From NCBI GenBank assembly GCA_963734495.1, contig CAVTHK010000013.1:1-64000 (forward strand): 64,000 nt of DNA, read 5' to 3'. The stretch is from an uncultured Spirochaetota bacterium (GTDB lineage Bacteria > Spirochaetota > Spirochaetia > SZUA-6 > CAVTHK01). The notes under the pieces were generated by a model that was not told where the DNA came from, made no database searches, and was given only the letters and a program-made list of their open reading frames with translations. Positions within the stretch are counted from its first letter, which is position 1. Every line of letters starts with the position of its first letter. A program made the position numbers and the translations under genes. Positions 19,452 through 29,578 of the stretch are shown here, piece after piece.

Positions 19452-20519
19452 TTACGGCTCTATCACCACTTTGATGGCGCCGTCTTTCCGGTCGACAAAG
19501 GTGTCCAGGGCTTCTTCATACTGCCCCAGCGGAAAGGTGTGGGAAACGACCTTGTCGCCCTTGACGATGCCCGCGGAAATCATGCGGAGCGCCCGGTCGG
19601 AAACGTTGGGATTCGCCCGCGAACCGGTGACCGTCAGCTCGTTCATGACAAGCTGAGTGAGCGCCGGGAGTTTCGCGCTTGCGTCGTTGTAGAACCCGAC
19701 CATGTTTATCTTCCCTCCTTTGCGCACCGAGCGGACGCACTGGTCCAAGGCGGCGTTGCCGCCGGAACATTCCTGTATCTCGTCGACGCCCCTGCCGCCG
19801 GTGATTTCGAGGATCCGCTCCACCGGATCTTCCTTCTCGTAGTTGACCGCGTAGTCCGCGCCCAACTCCCCAGCCACATCCAGCCGGTGTCTCCGTCCCA
19901 CCATGATCACCGTGGCAGCGCCCATGCCCTTGATCATCTGCAGCGAGCACAGGCCGATAGGTCCCGGCCCCCAGACGGCGGCGGTGCCCCCGGCAGTGAC
20001 GCCGATCATGTCGATGCCGTGCAGAGCGACCCCGGCGGTGTCCAGAAGCGACGCGTGCACGAAGCTCAGATTGTCCGGTATCTTGTGCAGCGACTTCGGG
20101 GCGTATACGTTGTACTCGCAGTTCGCGCCGGCGACGGTAAAGCCGTAATGCCGGTGTCCGGCGGTCCCTTTGCCGTAGTTGAGGCAGAGCGTATAGCGGC
20201 CTTCGAGGCAGTTGACACAGGCGCCGCAGCCGCAGTGGGCCTCTCCTGCCACCCGGTCGCCGGGCTTGAACCCCGCGACGCCCTCCCCGGTTTCGACGAC
20301 TTCGCCCGCCCATTCATGACCCAGCACAAAGGGGAAGGATGGCGGCCAGTTCTTTTTGGCGTGATGGCCGTTGATGATTTCCGGATCGGTTCCGCAAATC
20401 GCCACCGCCCTTATCCTGCAGAGCACCTCGCCGGGTCCTGGCCGCGGCACGGGCAGCTCGGCGATTTCCAGCTTGTTATATGCCGTCAAGAGGCAGGCCT
20501 TCATGGTCCTGGGAATCAT
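19452..20519 (-). CDS. Zn-dependent medium-chain alcohol/polyol dehydrogenase
   Basis: CGTD, GHEWAG, CGACVNC...C and GPGPIG. Confidence 0.9.
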   Translation of the reverse strand: MIPRTMKACLLTAYNKLEIAELPVPRPGPGEVLCRIRAVAICGTDPEIINGHHAKKNWPPSFPFVLGHEWAGEVVETGEGVAGFKPGDRVAGEAHCGCGACVNCLEGRYTLCLNYGKGTAGHRHYGFTVAGANCEYNVYAPKSLHKIPDNLSFVHASLLDTAGVALHGIDMIGVTAGGTAAVWGPGPIGLCSLQMIKGMGAATVIMVGRRHRLDVAGELGADYAVNYEKEDPVERILEITGGRGVDEIQECSGGNAALDQCVRSVRKGGKINMVGFYNDASAKLPALTQLVMNELTVTGSRANPNVSDRALRMISAGIVKGDKVVSHTFPLGQYEEALDTFVDRKDGAIKVVIEP

Positions 20520-20533
20520 CGTTTCCTCCGGCG

Positions 20534-21322
20534 CTAGATTTCCCTGAGCATTTCCTTGAGCCGCCGGGCGCAGCCGGGAGCTTCCTTGTCGTACTCGTGC
20601 ACATAGAGGTCGAGCGACATGGCCCCATCAAAGTCCGCGGCTTTGAGGGCCTTGAAGACTTCGGGCAGATTGATGTCGCCGTCGTCAGGGAGGCGATGCA
20701 GGTGCTCGCCCCGCTTCATGTTGTCCACGTGAACGTGCGCGATCTTTCCCTTGAGGGCCCTGATGCTCTCAAAGATGTCGGGGTCCGCCAGGAAGGCGTG
20801 GCCGATGTCGAAATTGATCCAGATGTCCCGCTCCATCTCACGGCAGACCCGCAGAAAGTCGGCGGTGCCGATGAGTATCTGCGGCGGCTCCGGCTCCAAC
20901 GCGATCCTGACCCCCTCGGCGTCGGCGATGTCGAGCAGCACGCCGAGCCTCTTCTTGAACTCCGCGTAGCACTCGGCGTACCGGAAGACCTTCGCCTGGT
21001 CCTTGTCCGCCGTGTTCAGGATCATGATGTCGGTCCCGAACTTCGTCACCTTCGGAATCGCCTTCTTGATAAAGGCGAAGGCCCCGTCGTCGCAGGTGAA
21101 GCCCACGTGATAGCTCACCGAGCTTATCGGGAGGCCGGTCTTCCGGGAGGTTTCGACGGTATGCTCTATGAAGAAATCTTCGAGATAATCCGGACGAGGC
21201 CTGAAAGAATAGTCTTCAAGGCAGAACTCGATGCCCTGAAAGCCGCAGTTCTTGAAAAAGGTGAAAGCCTCGTCAACCGAGAGCTTCTCCGACACCCGCT
21301 GGGTCCTTGCGGCGATGAACAT
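20534..21322 (-). CDS. Sugar phosphate isomerase/epimerase (TIM barrel, AP_endonuc_2)
   Basis: GFQGIE, ALEPEP, NFDIGH, HVHVD and HRLPDDGDI. Confidence 0.85.
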   Translation of the reverse strand: MFIAARTQRVSEKLSVDEAFTFFKNCGFQGIEFCLEDYSFRPRPDYLEDFFIEHTVETSRKTGLPISSVSYHVGFTCDDGAFAFIKKAIPKVTKFGTDIMILNTADKDQAKVFRYAECYAEFKKRLGVLLDIADAEGVRIALEPEPPQILIGTADFLRVCREMERDIWINFDIGHAFLADPDIFESIRALKGKIAHVHVDNMKRGEHLHRLPDDGDINLPEVFKALKAADFDGAMSLDLYVHEYDKEAPGCARRLKEMLREI

Positions 21323-21334
21323 GTCCCTTCCTTT

Positions 21335-22204
21335 CTATCCTTTGACAGCGCCCGAAGTGAGGCCCTGGATGAAATACCGCTGGAGATAGACGAAGATCAG
21401 CATCAGGGGCATCACGATGATCATGATCGCCGCCGCGAAGGGCCCCCATTCGATGCCGTATTCGCCCCGGAAACGGAGCAGCCCCACCGGAAGAGTCTGG
21501 ATGGCCCGCGAAGACGAGGAGGCTATGCTCGCCCACATGTACTCGCCCCAGATATGGATGAAATTGAACACCATGACCGTGGCGATGGCCGGCCGCACCA
21601 GCGGGATGATCACGCGCGCAAAAGTCTGAAGCTCGCCCGAGCCGTCAATACGCGCCGCCTCGAGCAGCCCCGTCGGGATGGAATCGAAGAACTTCTTGAA
21701 GATGTAAACGCTGAACGGAATCTGCCAGGCCATGTACGGCAGGATCAGCATCCACAGCGTCTTGTTGAGGTGCATCTTGATCATCTGGGTATACAGCGAG
21801 ATGTAGATCGCCACACCCGGGACAAAGTTGAAGGTCATCAGAGCGGCGAGGATCACCTCCGCCCTGGGAATGTACATTTTCGACAGGGCGTAGCCGGCGA
21901 GGGCGGTTATCAGCACTGACGCGAGCACCGCCGAGAGGGTGACGGCGACGCTGTTCCAGGCGTAATTGCCGACCTCCCGCTGCACCCAGGCAAACACGTA
22001 GTTCTCCCAGCGCCACACGCTGGGAAGCCCCCAGATGTTGGTAAAGAACTCCCGGTTGTTCTTGAATGAGACCAGGATGATGAAGATGACCGGGTAGACG
22101 ATGGTGAGCCCCACGAGGACCGTAAGGACCCGCGAGAGAGCGGTCATGGAAGCGGTCCTGGCGAAAGTCCCCAGCAGGACGGGCGGGCGGGCCCTAGTGC
22201 TCAT
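21335..22204 (-). CDS. Carbohydrate ABC transporter permease
   Basis: EAARIDGSGE EAA motif and transmembrane segments. Confidence 0.9.
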   Translation of the reverse strand: MSTRARPPVLLGTFARTASMTALSRVLTVLVGLTIVYPVIFIILVSFKNNREFFTNIWGLPSVWRWENYVFAWVQREVGNYAWNSVAVTLSAVLASVLITALAGYALSKMYIPRAEVILAALMTFNFVPGVAIYISLYTQMIKMHLNKTLWMLILPYMAWQIPFSVYIFKKFFDSIPTGLLEAARIDGSGELQTFARVIIPLVRPAIATVMVFNFIHIWGEYMWASIASSSSRAIQTLPVGLLRFRGEYGIEWGPFAAAIMIIVMPLMLIFVYLQRYFIQGLTSGAVKG

Positions 22205-23096
22205 AAGCTTCTCCCCGGAACAAGAACCGCAGGAGGACGATGAAGACCAGCACCACGACGACAAAGTCGACGCAGAGGGAGCTGGCATAACCGTACTTGG
22301 AATAAGTGAAGGCGTTCTCCACGATCCACATGGGGAGCACCACGGTCTGTCGTGCCGGGCCGCCGCCGGTCAGCGCGACCACGGAATCGTAGATGCGCAG
22401 CCCCCCGAGCATGGTGAACATGGTCGAGAGCTCGATCTGCGGCTTGATGAGGGGAACCAGGATCCGCGAGAAGATCCTGAAGTCCCCAGCGCCGTCGAGT
22501 GTGGCGGATTCGATCACCTCGTTGGAGATGCCCTGCAGGCCCGCGTAGCAGAGCACCAGGCACAGGCCGAACTGTCGCCACACCGTGGCAATCACGATCA
22601 CCGGCTTGACCGTGCGCAGGTTGGAGAGCCACGCGGTGGTCAGTCCGTCGAGGCCGAGGACGCGCAGGACACTGTTGAGCAGGCCAATTTCCTCGGTAAA
22701 GATGAACATGAACAGGAGCCCGGTGATGGTCGGCGCGATGATGCTGGGCGAGAACAGAATCGTCCTGAATACCTGGCCTTCCATCCGCCGCATGTAGAGG
22801 TTGAGCCAGGCCATCACGAGGCCGATGGCGACGCTGAACACCGAAGAGAAAAGGGCGAAATACAGCGTGTTCTTCAGGGACGCCCAGAAGGTAGCGTCCT
22901 CAGCCAGGGCCTTGAAGTTCGCGAAACCGATGCCATGGACGGGGCCGAACCCGCTCCAGTCCGTCAGGGAGAGAGCGAAAGTCCGGTAGAGCGGATACGC
23001 CATGAACAGCAGATAGGCCGCAAGCGCAGGCGCGAGAAAGCAGAAACCGATGATCATGTAGCGGCGGCGGACGGATTTCGCCTTCTTCAGTTTCAC
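22194..23096 (-). CDS. Carbohydrate ABC transporter permease
   Basis: IGFANF, ESATLDGA and LTGGGP; GTG start. Confidence 0.9.
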   Translation of the reverse strand: MKLKKAKSVRRRYMIIGFCFLAPALAAYLLFMAYPLYRTFALSLTDWSGFGPVHGIGFANFKALAEDATFWASLKNTLYFALFSSVFSVAIGLVMAWLNLYMRRMEGQVFRTILFSPSIIAPTITGLLFMFIFTEEIGLLNSVLRVLGLDGLTTAWLSNLRTVKPVIVIATVWRQFGLCLVLCYAGLQGISNEVIESATLDGAGDFRIFSRILVPLIKPQIELSTMFTMLGGLRIYDSVVALTGGGPARQTVVLPMWIVENAFTYSKYGYASSLCVDFVVVVLVFIVLLRFLFRGEAYEH

Positions 23097-23143
23097 TGCC
23101 CCTGAGCCTTCTGGTTTCGACGTGACATCGTACGGCGCGGAAA

Positions 23144-23172
23144 GCGGAGCGGACACCACGGGTCCGCTCCGC
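23144..23172. promoter_or_regulatory. Intergenic hairpin after the SBP gene (mRNA stabiliser/attenuator)
   Basis: GCGGAGCGGAC / GTCCGCTCCGC, an 11-bp stem. Confidence 0.55.
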
Positions 23173-23195
23173 CTCCGACGTGAAGCGCTGGTTCC

Positions 23196-24506
23196 CTACT
23201 TGGCCGCAGCCTTGGCGGCCAGCCGGAGCCGCTCCATCTCGTTGAGGGTCTGGTCCATGGTCATGGTTCCGCCCAGCGGAGCAGCAAAGATCTGCGTCTT
23301 GATGAAGGTCTGCATCTGAGAGCTGGTCCTGGTCGGATTGATGCCGGCGATGGTGTTGCCGCTCGAAAGTTTCTCCATAATGCCCTTGAGCGTGTCGGAC
23401 ATGTTCTCGTAGGGGTAGTTCAGCACCGAAGGAGTCTGGAAATTGCTGACCACCGCTTGCTGGGCTTCCTGGGAGAGTGCGGCCTTGATGAACTCGACGC
23501 CCCCGTAGACCTGGTCCTTGGAAGCGTTGGACGGAATGAAGTACACGCTCGGCTCGATGTTGTCGTAGGATTTCATCCCCGCCTTGCTGGTGGGCTTCAT
23601 AAAGGCGCCGATGTCGAACTTGCAGGTGTTCTTGTGGGTGCCGAGGGCGCCGGAGAAGTTGAAGATGAAGATGACCTTGCCCTGGGCAAAGGCGGCGTTG
23701 GCATCGTCCGCGGTGGTGTTGATGCCGCTCTTGCCGGGATACCAGTAGCCCGCGTCGTACCAGGCCTTGACCTGCTGGATGGCGCTGCGAATCACCTCGC
23801 CAGCGGGGCTGCCGGGGGCCACGGAAACGTCACCGTTGGCGACGCTCCACGAAGTGCCGGGACCGACTTTGGTCTCGAGCTCCCCGTAGGTGATGCCGTA
23901 CAGGCAGTCCTGCATGGAGGCCGAGTTGGTGGCGAATCCGAAGATACCGTCCTGTTTCAGGCGCTTGAAGATGGCGGTCATGTCGTCCCAGGTCTCCGGG
24001 ATCTTGAATCCGTACTTGGCCATCATCTCTTTGTTGTAGAAGGTGGTGTGGTACACCGTAGAGAAAGGAAGCCCGAAGATCTCGCCCTTCTTGCCCAGAC
24101 AAGGCTGGAGCATGGACTTGTCGATCTTGCCGACAAAGGCCTGGTCAAAGTAACTCTTGACATCCAGGCACATGGCGTTGTTGTAGAACGAATTGAGCCT
24201 GGTTCCCCAGTAATAGCCGACGGCCGGCGGGTCCCCCGCGGCGATGGCGGTCTTGAGCACCTGCTCACGAGTGTTGGTGTCCGTAGTCACCCATTCCACC
24301 ACGCTGCCCGGGTGGGCCTTCTCGTACAGTTCTTTGTGCTTTTTCAAATCGGCGCCGGGATTGCCGACAATGCCGGACACGACCAGTTTGGCCGGTGCCG
24401 CAGCCTTTGCGGCTTCGGCCGCCCCACTTCCGAAGCACAAAGGCGCCAAGGCCGGCAGCAAAGCGGCCGCGGCCAGGCAAAACACGATATTCCGTCGACC
24501 ACGCAT
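23196..24506 (-). CDS. Carbohydrate ABC transporter substrate-binding protein
   Basis: Signal peptide, then TFYNKEMMAKYGFKIPETWDD and AFAQGK. Confidence 0.9.
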   Translation of the reverse strand: MRGRRNIVFCLAAAALLPALAPLCFGSGAAEAAKAAAPAKLVVSGIVGNPGADLKKHKELYEKAHPGSVVEWVTTDTNTREQVLKTAIAAGDPPAVGYYWGTRLNSFYNNAMCLDVKSYFDQAFVGKIDKSMLQPCLGKKGEIFGLPFSTVYHTTFYNKEMMAKYGFKIPETWDDMTAIFKRLKQDGIFGFATNSASMQDCLYGITYGELETKVGPGTSWSVANGDVSVAPGSPAGEVIRSAIQQVKAWYDAGYWYPGKSGINTTADDANAAFAQGKVIFIFNFSGALGTHKNTCKFDIGAFMKPTSKAGMKSYDNIEPSVYFIPSNASKDQVYGGVEFIKAALSQEAQQAVVSNFQTPSVLNYPYENMSDTLKGIMEKLSSGNTIAGINPTRTSSQMQTFIKTQIFAAPLGGTMTMDQTLNEMERLRLAAKAAAK

Positions 24507-24532
24507 CTTCGACCTCCCCAAATGGTGACCAC

Positions 24533-24610
24533 ATCGTAGCATGGAAGCGCCGATTGTCAACGAATATTTTCGAAAATATATTTACTTGACAGCGAGAAAA
24601 CATATACGAT
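24533..24610. promoter_or_regulatory. Divergent promoters with a perfect 16-bp palindromic operator ATATTTTCGAAAATAT (24564-24579)
   Basis: The palindrome lies between TTGACA boxes on both strands, beside the GntR gene. Confidence 0.65.
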
Positions 24611-24627
24611 GTTTACAGGAAACGACG

Positions 24628-25287
24628 ATGTCAGCCACAAATGATACCTTGAGCGAACGGATTCTCGAAAAGCTGAAGGACAACATTCTCACCGGCGTCT
24701 ACCGGCCGGGCAACCGTCTGCTCTATAAACAGCTTTCCGAGGAATACGAGGTCAGTATGACCCCGATCCGGGAGGCGCTGATCAGGCTTGAACGGGAAGG
24801 CGTTGTCAAGACCATACCTCGCAAGGGTGCCTATGTCATCGAGCTCACCGACCAGGATGTGCTGGAATACACCAGGATACGCTTCGCCATGGAAAGCCTC
24901 GCGATCGAGCAGATCTGCGAAAAGCGGATTCCCCGGGACGAGATCCGGCGGCTCGAGGAGATCAACGTCGATCTGGAGGCGGCCGTCAAAGCGCAGGAAT
25001 CCCTGCGCTGCCTTGCCAAGGACGTGGAGTTTCATCACAGAATCGTGGAAATCTGCGGCAACCAGCGGCTGTTCACCCTGATCAAACAGCTCCCCCTGAC
25101 CAATCTCTACGCCGTCAGACGGAACGAAAACCGCATGCTCGAGAACGGCGCGCGCATCGTCGGGCAGCACCGGGGCATCATCGACGGCCTGTGCGATTAC
25201 GACGCCCCGGCGGCGACGCTCTGTCTCAAAGAAAACATCCTGATTCCCCAGCTCTCCATTATCGCCGGCGAACCGAAACCCAACTGA
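24628..25287 (+). CDS. GntR/FCD family transcriptional regulator
   Basis: LSEEYEVSMTPIREALIRLEREG HTH; DVEFH. Confidence 0.9.
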   Translation: MSATNDTLSERILEKLKDNILTGVYRPGNRLLYKQLSEEYEVSMTPIREALIRLEREGVVKTIPRKGAYVIELTDQDVLEYTRIRFAMESLAIEQICEKRIPRDEIRRLEEINVDLEAAVKAQESLRCLAKDVEFHHRIVEICGNQRLFTLIKQLPLTNLYAVRRNENRMLENGARIVGQHRGIIDGLCDYDAPAATLCLKENILIPQLSIIAGEPKPN

Positions 25288-25410
25288 GAGGAAAAGTGAT
25301 CTCGGACCGTTGGCAAACGCGGGACGCCAAGCAGCTTTCCGGACCTGAGTCTTGACACCGCCCTCCGTCCCCAAAGGAGGCGCAGCGCCAACGCCTCGAT
25401 CGAGTTTCTT

Positions 25411-25473
25411 CTTGACTCCACCCAGGATTGTGGTAAAGTGTGACAACTTATGGGTTGTGCCTTGTCCTACAAG
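25411..25473 (+). promoter_or_regulatory. Promoter TTGACT-N16-TAAAGT with a FadR-type operator CTTGTCCTACAAG
   Basis: Hexamers and a TTGT-N3-ACAA palindrome (25461-25473) upstream of the FadR-like gene. Confidence 0.5.
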
Positions 25474-25526
25474 TGCCTCCATTCTGAATCACTTCGACTC
25501 GGCGTAATGCGTCACTTCGACTGTCC

Positions 25527-26297
25527 ATGGGGCAAGACGGGGCAGAGGGCGAGCGCGTGATTGAGCCGATCACCAGAACCAACGTAGTCGACCAGGTATT
25601 CGACACAATCATGCGCATGATCGCCTCCAGGGAATGGACTGTCGGCTACAAGATCCCGTCCGAGAACGAGATGAAGGCCCGACTCAAGGTCAGCCGCAAC
25701 TCCATCCGCCAAGCCATTCACCGGGTTGCGGCACTCGGATTGCTGGAGTCGAAGCAGGGCGAGGGCACCTATGTGCGGAAGATCGATCTCTCGTTCTACT
25801 TGAACATTCTGGTCCCTGTCGCGGTTCTGGGCACTGATGACGCACTGATGCTCTTCCATCTGCAGCGAGCGATTCAGGTCGAAAGCGCTCAACAGGTATG
25901 CGATTTCTGCACTGACGAGCAGGCTGAGAAACTCCTGGCCCACGTGGAGCAGATGAAGCGCGGCTATTCTGCCGGCGACAAGATCGGATACTTGACGGCA
26001 GACCTGGACTACCATGCCCTGTTTGTGGCTATCTCAGGCAACCAGCTTTTCGTGAAGCTCACGGAGATAATTCGCCAGATGCTCTACTACACGTTGCGCG
26101 ATGTCGTATTTCACTTCGATTGCACACGAAGCATCACGTTTCACCAAGACATAGCGATGGCGGTAAAGCACCGAGACAGATCGACCGTACTCAACCAGAT
26201 GAAAGGCCATATGGACCACGTGATCATGATGATTAGCGAGCTCTCCACGCGCGACCGAGGGTGTTGTCGCGAAATGAGCGAGGGTCACAGGGCATGA
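25527..26297 (+). CDS. FadR/GntR family transcriptional regulator (start may be 25557)
   Basis: KIPSENEM...VSRNSIRQAI...GLLESKQGEGTYV; DLDYH..ISGN. Confidence 0.9.
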   Translation: MGQDGAEGERVIEPITRTNVVDQVFDTIMRMIASREWTVGYKIPSENEMKARLKVSRNSIRQAIHRVAALGLLESKQGEGTYVRKIDLSFYLNILVPVAVLGTDDALMLFHLQRAIQVESAQQVCDFCTDEQAEKLLAHVEQMKRGYSAGDKIGYLTADLDYHALFVAISGNQLFVKLTEIIRQMLYYTLRDVVFHFDCTRSITFHQDIAMAVKHRDRSTVLNQMKGHMDHVIMMISELSTRDRGCCREMSEGHRA

Positions 26298-26392
26298 CAG
26301 ACCGGAGAGAGAAGGAGGGCGCCGCATGTAGTCCAGATTCAGATTCTTCCTGGCGGAATGGCTGTCGAGAAATGACAAAGGAGGCAATCGAA

Positions 26393-27754
26393 ATGCAATC
26401 TAAGAGGATCTTTGCTTTGGTGGTGGCTATGGTGATGCTGGCTTCGCTCTGCGCCTGGTCCAGCCCCAGCAACGAGGGGACAGCCGGAAGCGCCGGCGCA
26501 GCCGCATTTGGCATGAAAGACCCGAAGTCGTATCAGGGCACTATCTCGATGTGGTCGCACACGAAGGATCAGCCGAACTTCATGATCAAGCGCTACAACG
26601 AAGTGTACCCGAACGTGACCATCAAGTTCGACGTGATCCCTGGGGATGCGCACCAGCAAAAGGTCCAGACCGCTGTTGCGGCCGGCGTGGACGTACCTGA
26701 CATCTTCACGGTAAAGACCGACTTCATCAGGGTAATCGCCAATTCTGATCGATATTACGACAACCTGCTGGGCAAGCCATACAACGCGACGCACCTGGCC
26801 AAGGATCTCGCGAAATACACGGTCGAAGTCGGATCCGACAAGAGCGGCGCTCTGCGCGCCGTGACCTGGCAGTGCCCCGTAGGCGCGATCTATTACCGCC
26901 GCAGCCTGGCGAAACAGTATTTCGGCACCGACGATCCTGAGAAGATCTCGAAGTTGTTCACGAATCTCAACTCCATAGTGGATGTGGCACGGCAACTCAA
27001 CGAAAAGTCCGGCGGCAAGGTCAAGCTGATCGGAAGCTACGACCAGCTGCGCGGTCTCTACAATTCCAGTCTGAAGCGGCCATTCGTCGTCGGCAACGAG
27101 ATCAACCTTGACCCGATGCTCATCGAATACTTCAAGGCTGCAAAGACGCTCTATGATGAAAACCTTGACTGGAAGACGGCGCAGGGGAATGCCAACTTCG
27201 CGGGGTTGATGCAGAACGGAAAGATCTTCTGCGTGATGTCGGCGACGTGGGCGCTCAATTTCCTCCTCATGCCGGTCTATCCGAGCACGAAGGGTGACTG
27301 GGGTCTGGCGTCGCCGCCGGTTCCGTTCACCGTGGGTGGCACGTGGATGGGCATCTACCCCAAGTCGAGCCAAAAGGAGATCGCCTACACATTCCTCAAC
27401 TACGTCTTTTCGAACGAGGATTTCCTCTTCAGGTATGCGACGGAGCTCGGCGACTACGTGTCCAACGTCAAGGTGCAGCAGAGGATCGGCAAGATGACCC
27501 CGAACGAGACGGCCCGTCTGCCGCTCTTCGAGTTCGTCGGCAACCAGAACGTGTATTCGTTCTTCAACAACGAGCTCGCCAACGGAGTCCGGTCGGAGCT
27601 CTTTACGCAGTACGACTTTACGATCACCAACACGGGCCTCCTGAACGCGGCCATCGACATGTACATCACGGGACAGAAGACGCTGGACAAGGCCCTGGGC
27701 CAGTACTGCGACGACCTGATCGCCGTGTATCCGAATCTTGTCAGGCCGAAATAG
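26393..27754 (+). CDS. Carbohydrate ABC transporter substrate-binding protein
   Basis: Signal peptide, ISMWS, PDIF, YYRRSLAKQYFGTDDP and GGTWMGI. Confidence 0.9.
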   Translation: MQSKRIFALVVAMVMLASLCAWSSPSNEGTAGSAGAAAFGMKDPKSYQGTISMWSHTKDQPNFMIKRYNEVYPNVTIKFDVIPGDAHQQKVQTAVAAGVDVPDIFTVKTDFIRVIANSDRYYDNLLGKPYNATHLAKDLAKYTVEVGSDKSGALRAVTWQCPVGAIYYRRSLAKQYFGTDDPEKISKLFTNLNSIVDVARQLNEKSGGKVKLIGSYDQLRGLYNSSLKRPFVVGNEINLDPMLIEYFKAAKTLYDENLDWKTAQGNANFAGLMQNGKIFCVMSATWALNFLLMPVYPSTKGDWGLASPPVPFTVGGTWMGIYPKSSQKEIAYTFLNYVFSNEDFLFRYATELGDYVSNVKVQQRIGKMTPNETARLPLFEFVGNQNVYSFFNNELANGVRSELFTQYDFTITNTGLLNAAIDMYITGQKTLDKALGQYCDDLIAVYPNLVRPK

Positions 27755-27778
27755 GTGCCGCTCCGAACATAGACTATG

Positions 27779-27806
27779 CGCTCCCGGCGTCGCTGCGCCG
27801 GGAGCG
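27779..27806. promoter_or_regulatory. Intergenic hairpin after the SBP gene
   Basis: CGCTCCCGGCG / CGCCGGGAGCG. Confidence 0.55.
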
Positions 27807-27828
27807 TCCATCAAGACGGGAGAAATCC

Positions 27829-28611
27829 TTGATCATCACAGGCAGAACCTCTCGGCTGAATCACAAGTGGTCCTTTGACGGATGCGTCCGTTTTTTCAAG
27901 GGGGTCGGGTTCGACGGCATAGAATTCTGCTTTGAGGACTACTACTTCAAAGTCCGTCCCGACTACGCAGAGGACTTCTTTGTGAAACACGCGGTGGAGC
28001 TCTGCCGGGAACTGGGGATGGTGATCGGAGCTGTCGGCAACCATCTGGAATATGTCTATGACGACGACATGTTCGCCTTGATGAAGAAGACGATTCCGAT
28101 CGTCCGCGATTATGGCACCGACATTCTCATCACGGCCACTCCTGATCACAATCACCGGAAGTACCACCACCGGAGCGAGTACTACGCGGAATACCTGAAG
28201 CGACTGACCGAGTTGCTGGACATCGCCGCGGACCATGGAGTGATGATCGCGATTGAGCCGGAGGTGATGAACCTCGTCACAACCACCCAGGACTTCCTCG
28301 AGCTCTGCGAGCGGGTGGGTCGCAAGAACCTTGTGTGCAATCTCGACGTCGGACATGCCTTTCTGACGGACCCCGACATCTTCGAAAGCATCCGCCGACT
28401 TGGTGACAAGGTCGTCCACGCCCACGTGGAAGGCATGAACCGCGGCGAACACGCGCACCTCCTGCCGGGACACGGGGATATGGATCTTCCTGCCGTCATC
28501 AAAGCCATGCGGGAGCAGGGCTTTGACGGCGCCCTGGCACTGGACGTCTATATCTACGACTACGACAAGGTTGCCAAGGATTCGATCAACACCCTGCGCG
28601 GGATGCTCTGA
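27829..28611 (+). CDS. Sugar phosphate isomerase/epimerase, paralog of 20534-21322
   Basis: TTG start after GGGAG; GFDGIEFCFEDYYFKVRPDY, IEPE and LDVGHAFLTDPDIFESIR. Confidence 0.85.
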   Translation: MIITGRTSRLNHKWSFDGCVRFFKGVGFDGIEFCFEDYYFKVRPDYAEDFFVKHAVELCRELGMVIGAVGNHLEYVYDDDMFALMKKTIPIVRDYGTDILITATPDHNHRKYHHRSEYYAEYLKRLTELLDIAADHGVMIAIEPEVMNLVTTTQDFLELCERVGRKNLVCNLDVGHAFLTDPDIFESIRRLGDKVVHAHVEGMNRGEHAHLLPGHGDMDLPAVIKAMREQGFDGALALDVYIYDYDKVAKDSINTLRGML

Positions 28612-28612
28612 C

Positions 28613-29578
28613 ATGGACCCCATTACGTTGCCGGCAGCGGGAGCGCGCCCGGGAGACAGAAGGGCGAAGCGGAGCAGAGCAAGCTGGGAAAGGTCCGGTC
28701 TCTACTTCGTCATTCCTTTTGCCCTGGTTCTGCTCAGCCTGAAGATCTTGCCCATGCTCTACGCGATCGGACTCAGCTTTGTCGCCTGGGACGGGCTGGG
28801 AGACAAGGTGTTCGTCGGTCTCGGCAATTATGTCCGTCTGATCCGAGACGTGAACTTCTACAAGGCGGTATTCAACACCTGGTTCATCTGGGCTCTGAAC
28901 ATAGGATTCCGAATGGCGGTGGCTCTGGTGTGCGCGTATATCTTTGCGCAGTCCCATCTCCGCGGAAAACAGGTCTTCAAGGCCGTGTTCTACTTTCCGA
29001 ACCTGGTCACGGCCTCGTCAATTGCCGTCTTCGCGTACCTCGTGCTCGACTACCAGAGCGGCTTCGTCAACCAGGTATTGCTCGACCTGGGGTTGATCCG
29101 GGAAAGGATCCACTGGCTGCAAAGGCCGTTCGCGGCGCAGGCTTCGGTCGCATTCATCATCTGGTGGATGTGGTTCGGGTACGCGGCGATCTTCTTCACC
29201 ACGGGTATGCTGGGAATCTCCACTGACGTCATTGAGTCCTCGATCGTGGACGGGGCGAACGCGTGGCGTCGCTTCTGGCGGATCATCATGCCGTTGATGC
29301 GCCCCACATTCGCCTACGTGTTCATCACCTCTCTGATCGGCGGCATGCAGAACTTCGAGATCCCGAGGCTGCTGACCGACGGGCGCGGCGCCCCCGACAA
29401 GTCGCTGCTGACAATGGTGATGCAGCTCTACAACCTCACGTTCCAGAACCTCCAGTACGGCTACGGGGCGACCTACGCGGTTGCGCTCTTCATCATCATT
29501 GCAGCCGTGACGGGACTCTCATTCCGGGTCGTTCAGGGCGGCAAGGACGACTTTTCGGGGAGCGGTGACAAAGCATGA
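28613..29578 (+). CDS. Carbohydrate ABC transporter permease
   Basis: FVGLGNY and ESSIVDGA. Confidence 0.9.
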   Translation: MDPITLPAAGARPGDRRAKRSRASWERSGLYFVIPFALVLLSLKILPMLYAIGLSFVAWDGLGDKVFVGLGNYVRLIRDVNFYKAVFNTWFIWALNIGFRMAVALVCAYIFAQSHLRGKQVFKAVFYFPNLVTASSIAVFAYLVLDYQSGFVNQVLLDLGLIRERIHWLQRPFAAQASVAFIIWWMWFGYAAIFFTTGMLGISTDVIESSIVDGANAWRRFWRIIMPLMRPTFAYVFITSLIGGMQNFEIPRLLTDGRGAPDKSLLTMVMQLYNLTFQNLQYGYGATYAVALFIIIAAVTGLSFRVVQGGKDDFSGSGDKA